Source of the DNA: Geosiphon pyriformis uo1
Taxonomy: Eukaryota > Fungi > Glomeromycota
Assembly: GCA_016748015.1 (NCBI GenBank)
Contig: JAAOMT010000525.1
Location: 62,001 to 126,000 of the forward strand
Reading direction: 5' to 3'
DNA: 64,000 nt
Position 1 is the stretch's first letter; every line of letters begins with the position of its first letter. Below are positions 24,896-39,480 of the stretch, piece by piece. The notes under the pieces were generated by a model that worked only from the letters and a program-made list of their open reading frames with translations, had not been told where the DNA came from and searched no databases. The position numbers and the translations under genes are program-made.

Positions 24896-27800
24896 GTGGT
24901 GACTATTAGAACAATAGGAAAAGACCACTCCTCATACGAAAAAACACTATTTCAATACTTTCAAAAAAACTTAGGAATACCAGCAGGAACCACTTACACA
25001 GAAAGTGATTTTTGTAACTATATTAATGCAAAAATCAACTGCTTGTTAGACTGCGCAACTGATACAGGAAAACTTGGAGAACAAATCTATCAAAGTTTAC
25101 TAGGGTATTCAACAGCCACAACTACCCGAGCAATCGCTGAAACTCTGCGCATAATCGATACAGACATTAAATATTACATGGCACAATGATTCCCTCAAGT
25201 ACAACAACCAGTGGAATCCGATCCTGAGGAATACAAAAATGAATCCAACAAATCTGTAACTGCCTAAGCCAAGTCCACAGTCAACAAGAAACCAAGGATC
25301 CTCTCCCCAACAACTCCATCATACCATTAGACACCCTAAAGTAGAATTGTATTCAACCCACCTCCGGAAACTCAGTCAGAAACACCACGAACTCCTGGAA
25401 ATCCACATCCTTGGAATCAACACAGTTGGACCAAATCACTAGGAGAATACAGATCGCTGTTTGGAAATCTTAATCCAGCAGCTGGTCAAACAGAAAGAAA
25501 CCCATCAACTTGGAAACAGCTACCAGCACAAAACCTAGCAGAATCAGCATCTCCTCTGATGGAAAAAACAGCTATCTTACAACTTATTGGTTCAAGTGAC
25601 AAAGGAAAGCAACCAGCATTAGCACCCAGAGAACACTTGAATACACGGACACCAATCCTTTTAAACATAACCAGTAACACCCCACCCATTAATCAGATCA
25701 TGGCTTACCAAGATATCACTAAATTGGAAAAATTCTCTGGTGAAAAAGATAACGCATATTCTTGGATCGTGGATGCTGAGAAAGCAATTACCGCTAATGG
25801 TTGGAACGACAACCACACAGTTCAGGCACTGCCATTCTTTCTGACCAAAACCGCCAATTCGTGGTACCAGAGCCTGGCAGAGAAGCCTATTTCCTTTACC
25901 GAGTTTAAACTCGCATTTCTGCAATACTTCTGTGACCCCAATATGTTAATCCGATTGCAGAATCAATTCAGCATAATTAAACAAAAAGATCATGAAGCAG
26001 TAACTACTTATCTCGGACGATTCAATCAAATCCTGCATCAAATATTAGCTATCGAAAGGAACTACTACACCATGGTGCAAGTTCTTAATCAATTCATTAA
26101 AGGATTGTGGAGTAGTATTCTAAGATTCATAAGACCCTGCCATCTGACCAGTTTACAAGACGCCGTCACTCTCACTTGCAATTTTGAGTCTGCAGAACAA
26201 GAAGCGAACCATACCCAAACCATTAATTTAGCCATTAATGGAACTTCTGACATTGACACAAAAATAACCCAATTGAGTGAGAAACTAACTCAGAAAATTG
26301 AGGGATTCTTAGCCAGAACTACAGAAACTTACCAACCACTCCAACGGAGAGAAAATAACAACAACAGCAGATACCCACAGCAACAGAACTGTCAGCAACA
26401 GCAACAATCTTGGAGATCTGATCTCTGCAACTGCTACTACTGCCAGAAACCTGGACACATTGTCCGTGATTGCAGAAGGAAAATCATGGACCAAAATCAA
26501 GAAAACCCATACCAGCAATCCAGATATCAGCAAACCATGGTATCCCAATATTCTATACCTTAGAATCAACCACCCCTATATGCACAACAGGTCCTGTATA
26601 CTCAACCACCACCCCAGAATTATTATCAACCACCACCAATGACACAAGCAATCTCTTACTATTAAACTTCCCCTTACAGCCTGTCCAAACCTCGAGCTAT
26701 AGACTATAATCAGGGATGGAGGAATTCCAACAACAATCAGGTGCAAACCAACAGTAAATCATCTCGACCAATCCCTCGCGGTCCTGTCCAATCTCAACCA
26801 ACACCAACTGGATACCCGAATCAAGCTTCCTATCTCAGTCTTATGGAAGACTAGGGTTTTGATAAATCTATACCTGTGGAAAAGGAGGATATAAAACAAA
26901 TCTCCCAACCTTCCAAGCAAACAAAAAGCAATATTCCACTAGCCACTATTACCAAAGACACCACCCTAGCCGCCATATTTCTTTTTGATATCAATAATTT
27001 AAACACACATAGCTTTTTTAGTGGAGCAGCCATCAATCAGGGTAAACCAATAACGGCTCTATACACTGATGCCAGAGTCGGAGGAATAGACATTAAATTA
27101 ATCCTGGATAGCGGATCAGCCAGTAGCATAATTACAAAACAGCTCATAGACCAACTAGGTCGCCGAGTAAACCATGCTGCTACCGCCTGGATCATTACAG
27201 CAGATGGGAACACAAAAACCCTGATAGAAGAAATTGACAACTTCCCCTTTGAGATTAATGGAATCCAAATCTCTACCAAAGTACTCATTATGGAAGCTAC
27301 TCAATATCAAGCTCTAGTAGGAAATGACTGGTTGTCAAAAGCCAACACTATTCTCGACTGGAACACCTAAGAACTTCAACTCATGTTCAATAGACAACAT
27401 GCCCGAGTCCCAGCTACGTGCAGACACTTTAAAAACCAACATACCAAGGAACCCCTTATTGAATTCGAAGACACATCAATGCCACCAACTATCGAGACCT
27501 ATCAGGTTTCATGGGCAGATAATTATTGAACTGAACTACCCCCACCACCAACCTGGAAAGAAAAAGGAAAAGGCAGAGCCGAAGAAGAACCCCAATCATC
27601 ATCACTAGGATACGTAACCTCGGACCAAAGAAACTTATTTTACCAACCCCCAAGACTAATATGTGTTGATTGTGGAAAAAAACTATCCACTATGGGCGCA
27701 TGTATTGAGGACAACAAAGAATGGCCCACCACCACTAAATACTATTGCAGGCCTTGTTTACTGGAAAGATTTGGATGACCAAAATGACAAGGCAAGTGGA

Positions 27801-30685
27801 ACCACATGCCATGCCTTGCATGTGGTAAAATCTTACCAAATGAAGGACTCTGGAATGATGTGCTGGGCAGAGGAGAAACATGCAATGAGGCTTGTCAATA
27901 CATCATATTAATTAACAATTGGGTACGAAAGAAAACTCCCATCGAGGACGCTTAGAAATGAGCACTTAACAGACTAGACGGTTATCTACACGATAACCAT
28001 GAAATCTGGAGAATGACAAGCGCCAAGGCCGAAGGCGCCATGCCCAAAAAAATACGAGAAATTAAGGACAACCCTTGGATGCCTGAATATACTGGACCCA
28101 ACTACCCTGAGGATGATTTCTTCACAGATAACCCAGATGTATTTCAGAACCAATATCAGGAATTGGCCCCAACTCACAAGGAACAGGAGCAAAGATTGGC
28201 TGATTTGAATACCAAACTATGCGATCACTGTTTGATCTTTTGTCACTTCCAGTACTGCGATGAATGTGATCTCATGTTCAATCCATCTCCAAGAATACTG
28301 TTTCCAATTACCGAACTACCTGAACCCAAAAAAGAGGTATTGATTACTGAGGACATGTTATTTCAAGATCCAACTGAGAATACTGAAACAGAACAGTATC
28401 TTGCATATCCCGACCTATCCAAAGAACTAGAGCTAAAATGGTACAGTGACAATAAGGAAGGAATCTGTCCTGAAAGAGTGCATAACACTGATGCCGGTTT
28501 CGACTTATGATACCCTAGACAATCATTCATTATTATAGTCCCATATTCTCTCGTAAAAATAGATCTTAAAATAGCATTAGAAATTCTTATTAGTACAATG
28601 GTACAAGTTGCCTCTCAATCTAGTTTAGCCAAGAAAAAAATTGACATAAAAGAAAGAATTATTGATGCCAGTTACATGGAAAACATCATCGTGATGCTAC
28701 AGAACAATTTGGACAGACTCTACAAAATAGAATCACAAGAAAAAATTGCCCAAGCTATCTTCTTACCCTTAGTCAAAATACCCCAATTAACTCTGGTAAC
28801 AACCCAAGAAGAGTTAAGCCTCACTGCCCGAGGAATCAACGGGTTTGGATCAAGTGGAAGAGGAAACGTACCAGTTAATTTTATAAAGGAAGACAGTGAC
28901 CAGGTAGAATTTATCCACACTGACACTGTCATCTCCATTTCCCCATACCAACAATACATCCTCAAGGTGAATTGAAAAATCTAAGATCAAGTCTTATTAT
29001 TCAAAGCCAGTTCCGAAATCTGTTTCCTAGCCAATGTTGCTAATCTATACCTACCAGCCAAAGCCCATAAACACTTCAAAATCTCCATCCACAACCTGAC
29101 AGAAGATGTTATTGAAATTCCTGAAGGAACCCTCATCAGTTTCATATCCGTAGATAGTCAGAATCCTGAAAAACCCCAGTTCATTCCAGATTTCACACAA
29201 TTATTTTTATTCTGTAACATTACCTTACAAGTATAGAATTTGCCAAAAGAAAGTTACTTGTTCATACCAGAAGAGATCAATAAATTGAATTTAGGAAATT
29301 TAAGTACCCTGTAACAAATGCAACTCAAAGTCCTTCTGAATCAGTATGCCGATGTCTTTGCCAGTGAAAATAAGTTCAGACGCACTGACATTGTGAAGCA
29401 TCAAATTGATACAGGAGATGCTTAACCAATTAAGCAACGAACTTACCGCATACCTCCATCTGGCGATAACCTAATTAAGCAAGAAGTGCAACAGATGCTT
29501 AATAACAGCCTAATCAAAGAATCGTTAAGCTCTTGGTCCTCGCCAGTAGTTTTGGTCACCAAAAAAAACAGAAAAGTGCGATTCTGCGTAGATTATCAAA
29601 AACTAAATAGTATTATGCGAGGAGATAGTTATCTCACTCCCCTTATCCAGGAAATTCTGGACAATCTAGGGAAAAAAAAATGGTTCTCGTCATTAGATTT
29701 AGCAAGTGGTTACTGGCAAGTTGAAATAAACCCCAAAGACAAAAAAAAAACAGTGTTTACCACTCGAGATGGAAACTTCGAGTTTAACATAATGCCTTTT
29801 GGACTTTGTAATACTCCTGCCATGTTTCAACACCTGATGGATGTAGTATACAAAGGAATTCTTTGGAAATCAGTAGTAGTCTACTTAGACAACACAAACA
29901 TGTTCTCTGAAACATTCGAAAACCATCTGCTTTATCTGCAACAAGTCTTCAAACGCCTTTGTAGTACTGGATTGAAACTCAATCCCGAGAAGTGCTTTTT
30001 TGGAAAAACTGAGTTAAAATTCCTAGGACATGTAATCAGCAAGAACGGAGTTAAATCCAATCCAAATAAAATACAAAAAGTCAATAATTTTCTAGCCCCA
30101 ATCAACCTTAGAGAATTACGAGAATTTCTAGGATTAGCAGGATATTATCGTCGATTTGTCAAAGGTTTCTTGAACATTGCAAAACCACTCCATCAATTGT
30201 TGTCCAAATATGTACCATACTTGTAGAAGGAAGATCAACAGAAAGCATTTGACTATCTCAAGCAGTGATTGATCACATCCCCAATCCTGATTTACCCAGA
30301 TTTCACTAAACGATTTATTGTTGCTACAGACGCCTCAAAAAATGCTCTAGGAGCAGTTTTATCACAGATAGAACTGGACAATAGAGAACACCCAGTTGTC
30401 TATGCTAGTCGCAGCACTAGTCCAGCAGAAAAAAATTACAGCACAACAGATCTGGAATGTCTCGCCATTTATTGGACCATACAGACTTGGAAACATTACC
30501 TCAGTCAACCATTTGACCTATATACCGATCACAAAGGACTTATTTGGTTACTCAACAATCCACAACTAGAAGGAAAATATGCAAGATGGAGTACTTATCT
30601 GTAACAATTCCCACTTAAAGTCTATTACAAGGAAGGATCCAAGAACACCAATGCCGACAGTTTGTTAAGAATGCCACAAACCTAA
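24896..30685 (+). pseudogene. Element C gag-PR-Cys-rich-dUTPase-RT-RNase H polyprotein, single frame
   Basis: ORF pieces at 24896, 25559, 26876, 28013, 28598, 29486 and 30269 are all in the same frame; CYYCQKPGHIVRDC, ILDSGSA, DAGFDL, LDLASGYWQ, TDAS. Confidence 0.94.
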
Positions 30686-30695
30686 TCCCAGACCC

Positions 30696-32063
30696 ATGGA
30701 TACATTCACTTATCAATGACTACATCAGTACCTATCGACACTATGTTTCAAGGAGATATTATCTCAACAGGAACAGAGTATTATACAAAAACAAGCCCGA
30801 AATTATTTTATTCAAGACAACCAACTATATTGACGAGAATGCCGAAACCACCCCAACTCACAACGACTAATTACGGACAGTAAAAGAGAAACTATACTAT
30901 ATAGCATGCACTCAGATCCGACTGCAGGACACTTTAACAAAGACGCTACCCTCGAAAGAACACTAAACTTATACTATTGGTCAATAATGCACAAAGACAT
31001 TTTCGAATACGTGCTCAATTGTGACGCATGTCAGCGAAGAGGAGGAGCAAGATCAACAAAACCACTTTGACCCATTCCAGTTGGAAATCCATTTGATAGA
31101 ATTAGGATCGATTTGGTTGGACCTTTTTCAATTACATCCCAAGGAAATCACTATATCGCTATAGCTGTAGACTATCTTACAAAATGGCCAGAAGCCAGAG
31201 CAATCCAAATGGCCAATGCCAAAACAGTTGCCGAATTTGTGCATTAAGACCTAATTTGCTAATATAGATGTCCAAAAGAATTATTATCTGATCAGGGAAC
31301 ACACTTCATTAATAATACACTGACTGAACTAAGCCAATGGTTTAGAATAAAAAGACTCTTATTGTCACCATACCACTCACAAATAAATGGACTGGTAAAA
31401 CAGTTTAACAGAACACTGTGTGAAGCACTAGCAAAAATAAGTCATAAAAACAGACAAGAATGAGACTTATTTATACCTTCTGTACTCTTTGTATACCGAA
31501 CATTGAAACAAAATACAACTCAGTTTACACTGTTCAAACTAGTCTATGAAAGAAAAGCTACATTACTGATTGAACAAGTGATACTATCATACCCAACAGA
31601 AACAATCAATGAAGAAAATTTTGAGGCTACCTTACACCAAAGAATGTAACAGCTAATGGAAACATTGGAAAACAATCAAAAAACAGCAGCTGACAATATT
31701 AGTTATGCTCAAGAATAACAAAAAGAAAGACATAATAAACACCTATTAGAACAACTAATGGAATTCAAGATTGGAGACCAAGTACTATTACATCGTACAA
31801 AAGCTGAGAAACAGTGGAGTGGAAAGTTCAACCCAAAGTGGGACAGTCCATTCCACATACACGAAGCATTAGGAAATAGAGCTTACAAATTACGATTGGA
31901 AGACAGGATTTTAAAGAAAGTAGCACATGGAAATTAGTTAAAAATTTATCATGTAAAACAGGAATCATTGTCATCAGTACTTCAACTAGGAACACAAATT
32001 TTATTAATCAGACCAGAAAATATACCATGAGATCTGGAACCAATCATCATCATCGAAACATAG
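30696..32063 (+). pseudogene. Element C integrase (separate ORF)
   Basis: ATG at 30696 (MDTFTYQ.LHQYL), in a different frame from RH; MHSDPTAGH, IDLVGP, SDQGTHF. Confidence 0.9.
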
Positions 32064-32143
32064 ACAATGGGCAGCAAATTAAATTGGAGAATTCAAATAT
32101 ATATAGCATCCGAAAAGCAGCAAGAAACAATAGAAATTTCAAC

Positions 32144-32878
32144 ATGGATCTTTCAGATCAAATTTTAAAATTATCTAAACAATTATTTGAAACAATTCAA
32201 AAATCGACATCTCAAATAGAAATAACAATTGATAAAAAAGAGATATGGTACAAAGATAAGAGCAGGAGAGGAGAGGACGAGAGTTCAATTAGAACTAAAC
32301 ATTCTCTCCCCTACCCACCACCCAAAAGGCAATGTGGAAAGAAAAATTGCCTTCAGGCGGGGGGTGGAAAAAAAGGAGGCAAAGAACGAAAAAAAGGTTA
32401 CAAAAGAAGATACTTGGTTCCCGAGCTCAAAGAAATAAAAGAAGCTTTAGCTCATGGGACTGAACTCCCCGAAACAGGGGAGTGGACACCTGACAATGCT
32501 CAGGAATAGAAAGAAAGACTTCCTCCAGCTTATTGGTTCTACAAAATTGGAGAACAGCTTGACTTGAAAACACCATACGAAGACCTCAGCCAGAAAACGT
32601 TTAACAAAGAAACAATACAACAAGTAGAAAAATTTGTAGGGAAAAACAACCTGACCCTATATTACAAAGCAGCATACCAACTATATGCCACCTTCTAACA
32701 TTGCCCAAATGTACTACTGAACGGATCTATGAAAACCATAATGGTTAACAGCATAGGACGAATAACCAATCAATAGTTCGAAGACCTACAAAAGGCAATA
32801 CTCGAAGCAACAATCAAACATTACATAAATGAAGCCACGATAACAAATATATACAGTTTCACAGAAGCTCAATTTTAA
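32144..32878 (+). pseudogene. Element C ORF3
   Basis: MDLSDQILKLSKQLF…FYKIGE…KAAYQLYATF…IGRITNQ.F; three point-mutation stops. Confidence 0.82.
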
Positions 32879-32892
32879 AAAAAGAGGGATAA

Positions 32893-33967
32893 TGTTACCC
32901 GAGTAAAAAAACTGATCCAAAGTTATGAAAAAACATGACCAAAACGTGACATAACACAGAATAACGCGCAATAATGTTGGATAATGCATTATAACGTTGG
33001 ATAACGTGTTATAATGCAGAATAACACAGGATAGCATGCAATAATATAGGATAATGTGTTATAACGCAGGATAACACAGAATAACATGTTATAACATAGG
33101 ATAATTAGCAATAACGTAGAAAAACGAAGCAATAACAGAAACAACAAAGCAATAGTTAACAATAGCAAGACAATTGAAAGCAATCCTGTAAAACCAAAAA
33201 AATGTATAAAAGCAAGTAGTTGTAGAAGTGAGAAAAGACAGAGAAGAAAAAATAGATATGAACCTCTAGACTAGAAATTAAAATATCCATATCCCTTCAT
33301 CCTTTATTATCTTCCCTATTTCATCTCTTGAAATAAATCAATTATTAAAAGAAATCAGAATCACAAATTTATGTTCTCGAACTTCATAAAATTTACATGA
33401 ATTAACCCTTGTTTCGTACCTCTGTTCTAGAACAAATGCTCTTAGTATAACCACCTGGAACCTATTAACAATTTGGATCAATCACTCTTGATCACGGCAA
33501 TTGATGATACTAATTTATCTTTTCTCTCTTTTCTTTTCTTTTCTTTTTCTTTTTCTTTCTTTTTCTGTCTTAATTTTTTTGTGGAGTGACAACATAGTAA
33601 AATCGACTGTCTGGAAATAGACTTTGTAATAGCCTGGTAAAAGAGGGAAGCTCCCCCTAAGTTTTGGATATTAACATTATCTTGTTAGCTTACCAGAAGG
33701 GTGAAAAGACAATGCCAGACCCTAATGACTGCACTTGTTAGCTCAGAGAAGAAAGCTCACATTTACGAAAAAACATTGCAATCAATGAAAGACAAACTCT
33801 GTGCCTTATAACCAAAGAACTTAATGGGTAAAATTCACATTCAGGAATAGACCTTCAGAGACTGATAATTAAGACTAAGCCAACAGAATTACATGGAAGA
33901 TGCATTATCAATAATTGAGAGCACCAAACATTACCATTTCCCATATCCACCAAGTTTACCCGTAACA
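32893..33967 (+). repeat. 3' LTR of element C
   Basis: Follows the PPT aaaaaagaggga; TGTTAC…GTAACA. Confidence 0.95.
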
Positions 33968-36900
33968 GCGACAACAATAATACCAATGCCAACTCAAATT
34001 CAAACTCTGATTTAAACTATGAACAATACATTGCACTACCAGATCTCTTCAAGGAACAAGAGTTGAAATGGTATAGTGACAATGGGGAAGGTATTATGCC
34101 AGAACGTGCGCATGATACAGATGCAGGGTTTGATCTGAAATATTCAGGAAAAGATGCCATCAAATTGGAACTGCATTCACGCACCTGCATTGATTTGAAA
34201 ATAGCACTAAAAATTCCAGCAACAACAATGGTTCAATTAGCATCTAGGAGTAGTTTAGCGAAAAGAGGAATCAATATAAGAGGAGGAATAATTAACACGG
34301 GATATATAGAAAATATCATTGCCATGCTACAAAATGACTCAGAAAAGACCTATATAATAGAGCTCAACAAAAAAATAGCACAGACAATATTCCTGCCTCT
34401 GGTTAGAATAGCTCAGTTAGTGTCAGTGGGAAAAAGGGAGGAATTAGAAATAACAGTGAGAGAAATACAAGAATTTGGATCAATGGATAGAATAGAGGTA
34501 CCAGTTAATATGGTAGAGAAAAAAATTGTTGGCCAAGGAGAAATTATCTCAGCTGGTCAAGCTATTTCCATTCCACTATATAGCCAGTACATGCTAGCAA
34601 TAGGAAAGAAAGAAAAGAAGCAAGGACAAATTTTTGAAGCTGAAGCAAACCTTTGTGAATCAGGAGAGATTGAGTTAATCAATCTTCACATACCAGCCAA
34701 AAGTTATAGCAGCATAAAAATTCCCATCTACAACAACACTGGCAATGTCATCAACATACTAGAAGGAATCACCATTGGATATTTAACCATAGAAATAGAA
34801 GACCAATTACCAAACCCCATTCCAGACTTTCCACAACTTTGTGGATATGTTGACATTATATCACAAACAATCTATGGACGAGACAAATGTTATTTGCTCC
34901 AACCAGAACAATTAGAACAAATGAACATGGGAAACTTAGATCCACTCCAATGTATGCAGCTCAAGATATTACTCAACAATTTCAATAACATCTTTGCCAG
35001 CGAAAATGAGTTTGGCTGAACTGACATCATCCAGCATTAGATCAAGACTAGAGATGTAATGCCAATCAAACAAAAAGCATACAGAGTGCTGCCAGCTAGC
35101 CACAAGATCATTCATCAAGAAATAAACAAAATGATTGACAATGGACTAATTCAATCATCAATAAGTCCATGGTCATTACCAGTGATACTCATCCATAAGA
35201 AGAATGGAAAAATCTGGTTTTGTGTAGATTACAGGAAACTCAATGGTGTAACTCATAGAGACAGTTATCCAACTCCATGAATACAGGAATTATTCAATGC
35301 TTTTGGTGGGAACAAATGGTTCTCAACATTAGATTTGGACAGTGGTTACTGGCAAGTAGCCATGAATCCAGCTGACAAAGAGAAGACAGCATTTACTACT
35401 AAAGAAGAGAATTTCGAATTTGAAGTGATGCCATTCGGCTTAACCAATGCCTCAGCAACTTTCCAATGGCTAATAGAAATTGTTTATACTGGCTTATTGT
35501 GAAAATTAGTAGTTGTATACTTAGATGACACCAATGTATTCTCAAAAATGTTTGATGATCATTTTCATCATCTTTAACAAGTGTTTGAAAGACTAAGAAG
35601 AGCAGGACTAAAGTTAAATGCAACAAAGTGCTTCTTCAACAAGACAGAACTAAAATTCTTGGGACACATAGTCAGCAAAGATGGCATCAAAATAAATCCA
35701 GAGAAAATAGAGATAGTAAAGAACTTTCCAGTGCTGACCAATATGACAGAACTGAAATCATTCTTGGGATTTGCCAGCTACTATTGATGTTTTATCAAAA
35801 ACTTTTCTAAGATAGCGCAGCCACTCAACCAACTGCAAAACAAAGATACAAAATATAAATAGACCAAAAGTCAACAAGAAGCTTTTGATATTCTAAAAAG
35901 AAAGCTTATACAAGCTCCAGTACTGATCTATTCAGATCACTGCAAACCGTTCATCATCACCACAGATGCATCCAGTCAGACATTAGGAGCAGTACTATCT
36001 TAGAGAGGACCAGACAGCAGAGAGCATCCAATGGCATATGCCAGCAGAGGTTTAACACCAGCTGAAAAGAACTATAGAACACCAGAAAAAGAACACTTAG
36101 CAATATACTGGTCAGTGTTACCAGTAGAATTTTAACTATTAATTAGCATAAAATTACCCTTATAATTCCTATAATTCATTAGTATATTAATATCATTTCA
36201 AATTATCATTTATTATTTAATCAATTATCACATATCATGATTCAATTAAAATAATCTAATTAGTATAACAGAAAGTAGGATAATCAAATTACACAATACC
36301 CTGAACTTTGTAACATTTAAAAATTTGCCGAAATTTACAGAAATTCGCTGAAATTTATAAGAAATTTGCCGAAATTTACAGAAATTTGCCGAAATTATGA
36401 ATAGTTCACCCAAATTAATCAATAGTTCAGTGAAATAACTTGTAGTTCATTAAAATGTATCTTTAGTTCGCCAAAATTTGAGCAAAGAGAAAAAGTGTAA
36501 ATTCATAGATTAGTACTATAACAAGTTGTATAAAAGAAGAGCTTTTCTCTTCTGGAAAATGTATCTTACTTTAGATTTATCACTTAGAACCATTCCTATA
36601 CACACAAAAAGAAATAAATATCAAATAATTTGAAAAAACCAAGTTTTTTAATTATTGCACTTGGAAAATTCCCAAAACCCAACTAACATTTCGAAATTGA
36701 TTAGCTACCAATTTCAGTAAACTGTTAGTGACTCCAGGCCTGAATAGAAAACGTTTCCCTTGACAGAATTCTATTTCTTTTACATTTCTTTTATTTTTCT
36801 TTTTTTTTTATTACAATCATTAGGGTAGTCTACAGACGAGATTCCTGTAGAAGAGTTGACTTTCACAGCAAAGTAACTACATATTTTTAGTGAGCTTCTA

Positions 36901-37336
36901 GACAAGCAATTCCTGGGAAAGAGTTGACATTTACTACAATATAACTACATAAAGTAACTGGCAAGGAATTGGCCATTCTACTTATAAGCCCAGCAGTTCA
37001 AATTATAGAAGATAATTTGAAGATAAATTTAGTTATTGGAGATTCAACTACTTCCTAAAAACGTGAATTCACAGCAAATCAACATTACTAACATTTAAGA
37101 AAAGAAACCAAAAACCTTCAGTAACATTAGTCATAAAATGGAAAGAATATTTGAGCCAGAAGTTTGAGGTGTACACAGATTACAAAGGATTAACATTGTT
37201 TCAAAAACAAGAATTTGGAGATGGAAGACAGTCAAGATGGAAAATGACACTCGCACTATATAAGTATACTATACATTATAAAAAAAGAAAAGACAATAGA
37301 AATGCGGACAGTTTATCACAAATGAGACAAATCTAA
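33968..37336 (+). pseudogene. Element A dUTPase-RT-RNase H (interrupted by the solo LTR at 36116-37126)
   Basis: PERAHDTDAGFDL, SRSSLAKRG, YLDDT, TDAS, NADSLS; IYW|SVIKW is restored when the solo LTR is removed. Confidence 0.92.
36116..37126 (+). repeat. Solo LTR of a B-related subfamily
   Basis: TGTTAC…GTAACA, flanks tcag/ttag, no PBS or PPT; 3' two-thirds close to the B LTRs. Confidence 0.93.
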
Positions 37337-37399
37337 AAACATTTCAACCCAAAAATATAACAAAACCAGAACAATACCAATGGAAAAATACAACAAAAG

Positions 37400-38783
37400 A
37401 TGAACATACAAAAATATCAGCAATTGCAACATTATATAAACACTCAACAGTTCAAGGAAAATTTATCTCAAACGGAACAAAAGAGTATTAAACAACAATC
37501 AAAATATTTTATCACTTACCAAAATATACTTTATTGGAAAAATAGAAGAGATCCAGATCAACCAACCAGAGTAATTATGGAGCCAGAAAAAGAGACAATA
37601 TTATTCAACATGCACTCAAATCCCAACAACAGAACATTTTCACAAAGAAGCAATCATGGAAAGAACCAGAAAGAGATACTATTGGCCATCAATATACCCA
37701 GACATCATTCAATATGTTCAAAATTGTGATGCTTGTCAGTAAAGAGGAGGAACAAGACCCAGTAAACCATTAAGACCAATCAAAGTGGGACAACCATTTA
37801 ACCGTATTGGAATTGATTTAGTTGGACTATTAACAATCACCAGCAGAGGAAACAGATACATAGTGGTAGCTATGGATTATCTTACTAAATGGCCAGAGGC
37901 AAAAGCAATTCAAAGAGTGAATGCAGAATCTGTTGCCAAATTCGTTCATCAGGATTTGATTTGTTGACATAGATGTCCAAAAGAATTATTATCAGACCAA
38001 GGAACTCATTTTGTGAACAGAACATTAACAGAATTGAGCCAAAGATTCGGAATCAAGAGACCATTATCATCACCATACCATCCACAAACCAACAGATTAG
38101 TAGAAAGATTCAATAGAATACTGTGTGAAGCAATAGCTAAGCTCAGCCAAAAAAACCAAAACAATTGGGATTTGTTCATACCATCAGTACTATTTGCTTA
38201 TTGGACAATGAAACAAGATACTACACAAGCAATACCATTTGAATTAGTATATGAGAGAACAGCAATGTTACCAGTAGAGAAAAAAATTAATACATATCCA
38301 GTTGAACCAATAACAGAAGAAAATTTTCAAGAAACATTGCTAAAAAAAACATATGACTTAATGGAAACATTGGAAAACAAACGAAGAAGAGCAGCTAATA
38401 ATATTCAAAAGTTACAAGAAAAACAAAAAAAAAGACACGATAGTCAATTACTAGACAAACCAGTTGAATTCAAGATTAGAGACAAAGTATTACTACATCA
38501 TACCAAAGCGGAAAAACAATGGAGTAGAAAATTTAACCCCAAATGGGACAGACCATTTCAAATAGAAGAAATTCTAGGAAATAGAGCTTACAAATTAAGA
38601 TTGGATAACAAAATTTTAATCAAAGCAGCACATGAAGATTGACTAAAGCCATATCATGACATCACACTACCATCTACCAGTAATATTCCACAATTAGAAG
38701 TACAGAGAATACTAGTCTGACCAGATAAGATTTCATGAGATCTGGAACCAATCGTTATTATCAACAACAACACATTAAATTGA
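37400..38783 (+). pseudogene. Element A integrase (separate ORF)
   Basis: MNIQKYQQLQHYI start, GIDLVG, SDQGTHF, LVERFN; one frameshift near 37630. Confidence 0.9.
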
Positions 38784-38837
38784 TCAATCAAAAGAATATA
38801 TAAAAACATAGTAGACACTACAGGAAATATCAGAAAA

Positions 38838-39467
38838 ATGGAAATTACAAACAACATTTACACACTAGCACAACAACTTTTTCAATTAATCCAACACCAG
38901 GAAATGGAGATTACAATCAATCAACAAACCATTCGATATCAAGATACTAGAAAGACATTGCAACTCAGAACACCAAAAAAAACTGAAAATATGGTGGACA
39001 AAATCATGGTGAAAGTAAAATTAGCAATAAAAGAATTGACAAAAGAGTCACTATATCAAGAGTTGACTAAAGAAACTTGGAATTAGTGGATACAACAATT
39101 TCCAAAAAACTATTGTTATTTTTACTTGGGACAACACGTAAATATCCAAAATTTATATACGGATAAAACAAAGTGATTATTCGATAAAAGAATACTACAA
39201 CAATTAGAACATTTTGTGGGAAAAAACAACTTATCCACACAAGCCCGAGTCATATACCAAATACACACAACATTTCAGGATAAATCAGAAATATTGCTTA
39301 ACAAAGCAATAGATATGATTACCAGTAATCAATTGGAAAAAATCACCAATGCTCAATTTGAAAAATTACAAACCCAAATAACACAAGTAATTCTCAAAAA
39401 CAAAATCCAGGAAATATTTCAAGAGGGGGAATTACATAAGTTGGATTTTGATAGAACTCAATATTAA
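38838..39467 (+). pseudogene. Element A ORF3
   Basis: MEITNNIYTLAQQLF…FYLGQ…VGKNN…LEKITNAQF; homologous to ORF3 of C and B. Confidence 0.82.
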
Positions 39468-39480
39468 AAGAAAGGAATAA

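Larger units (their letters stand above)
23739..33967 (+). mobile_element. Ty3/Gypsy LTR retrotransposon C, full length, nested in A
   Basis: LTRs 23739-24833 and 32893-33967; flanks gcaa/gcga; PBS, PPT, complete domain set. Confidence 0.96.
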
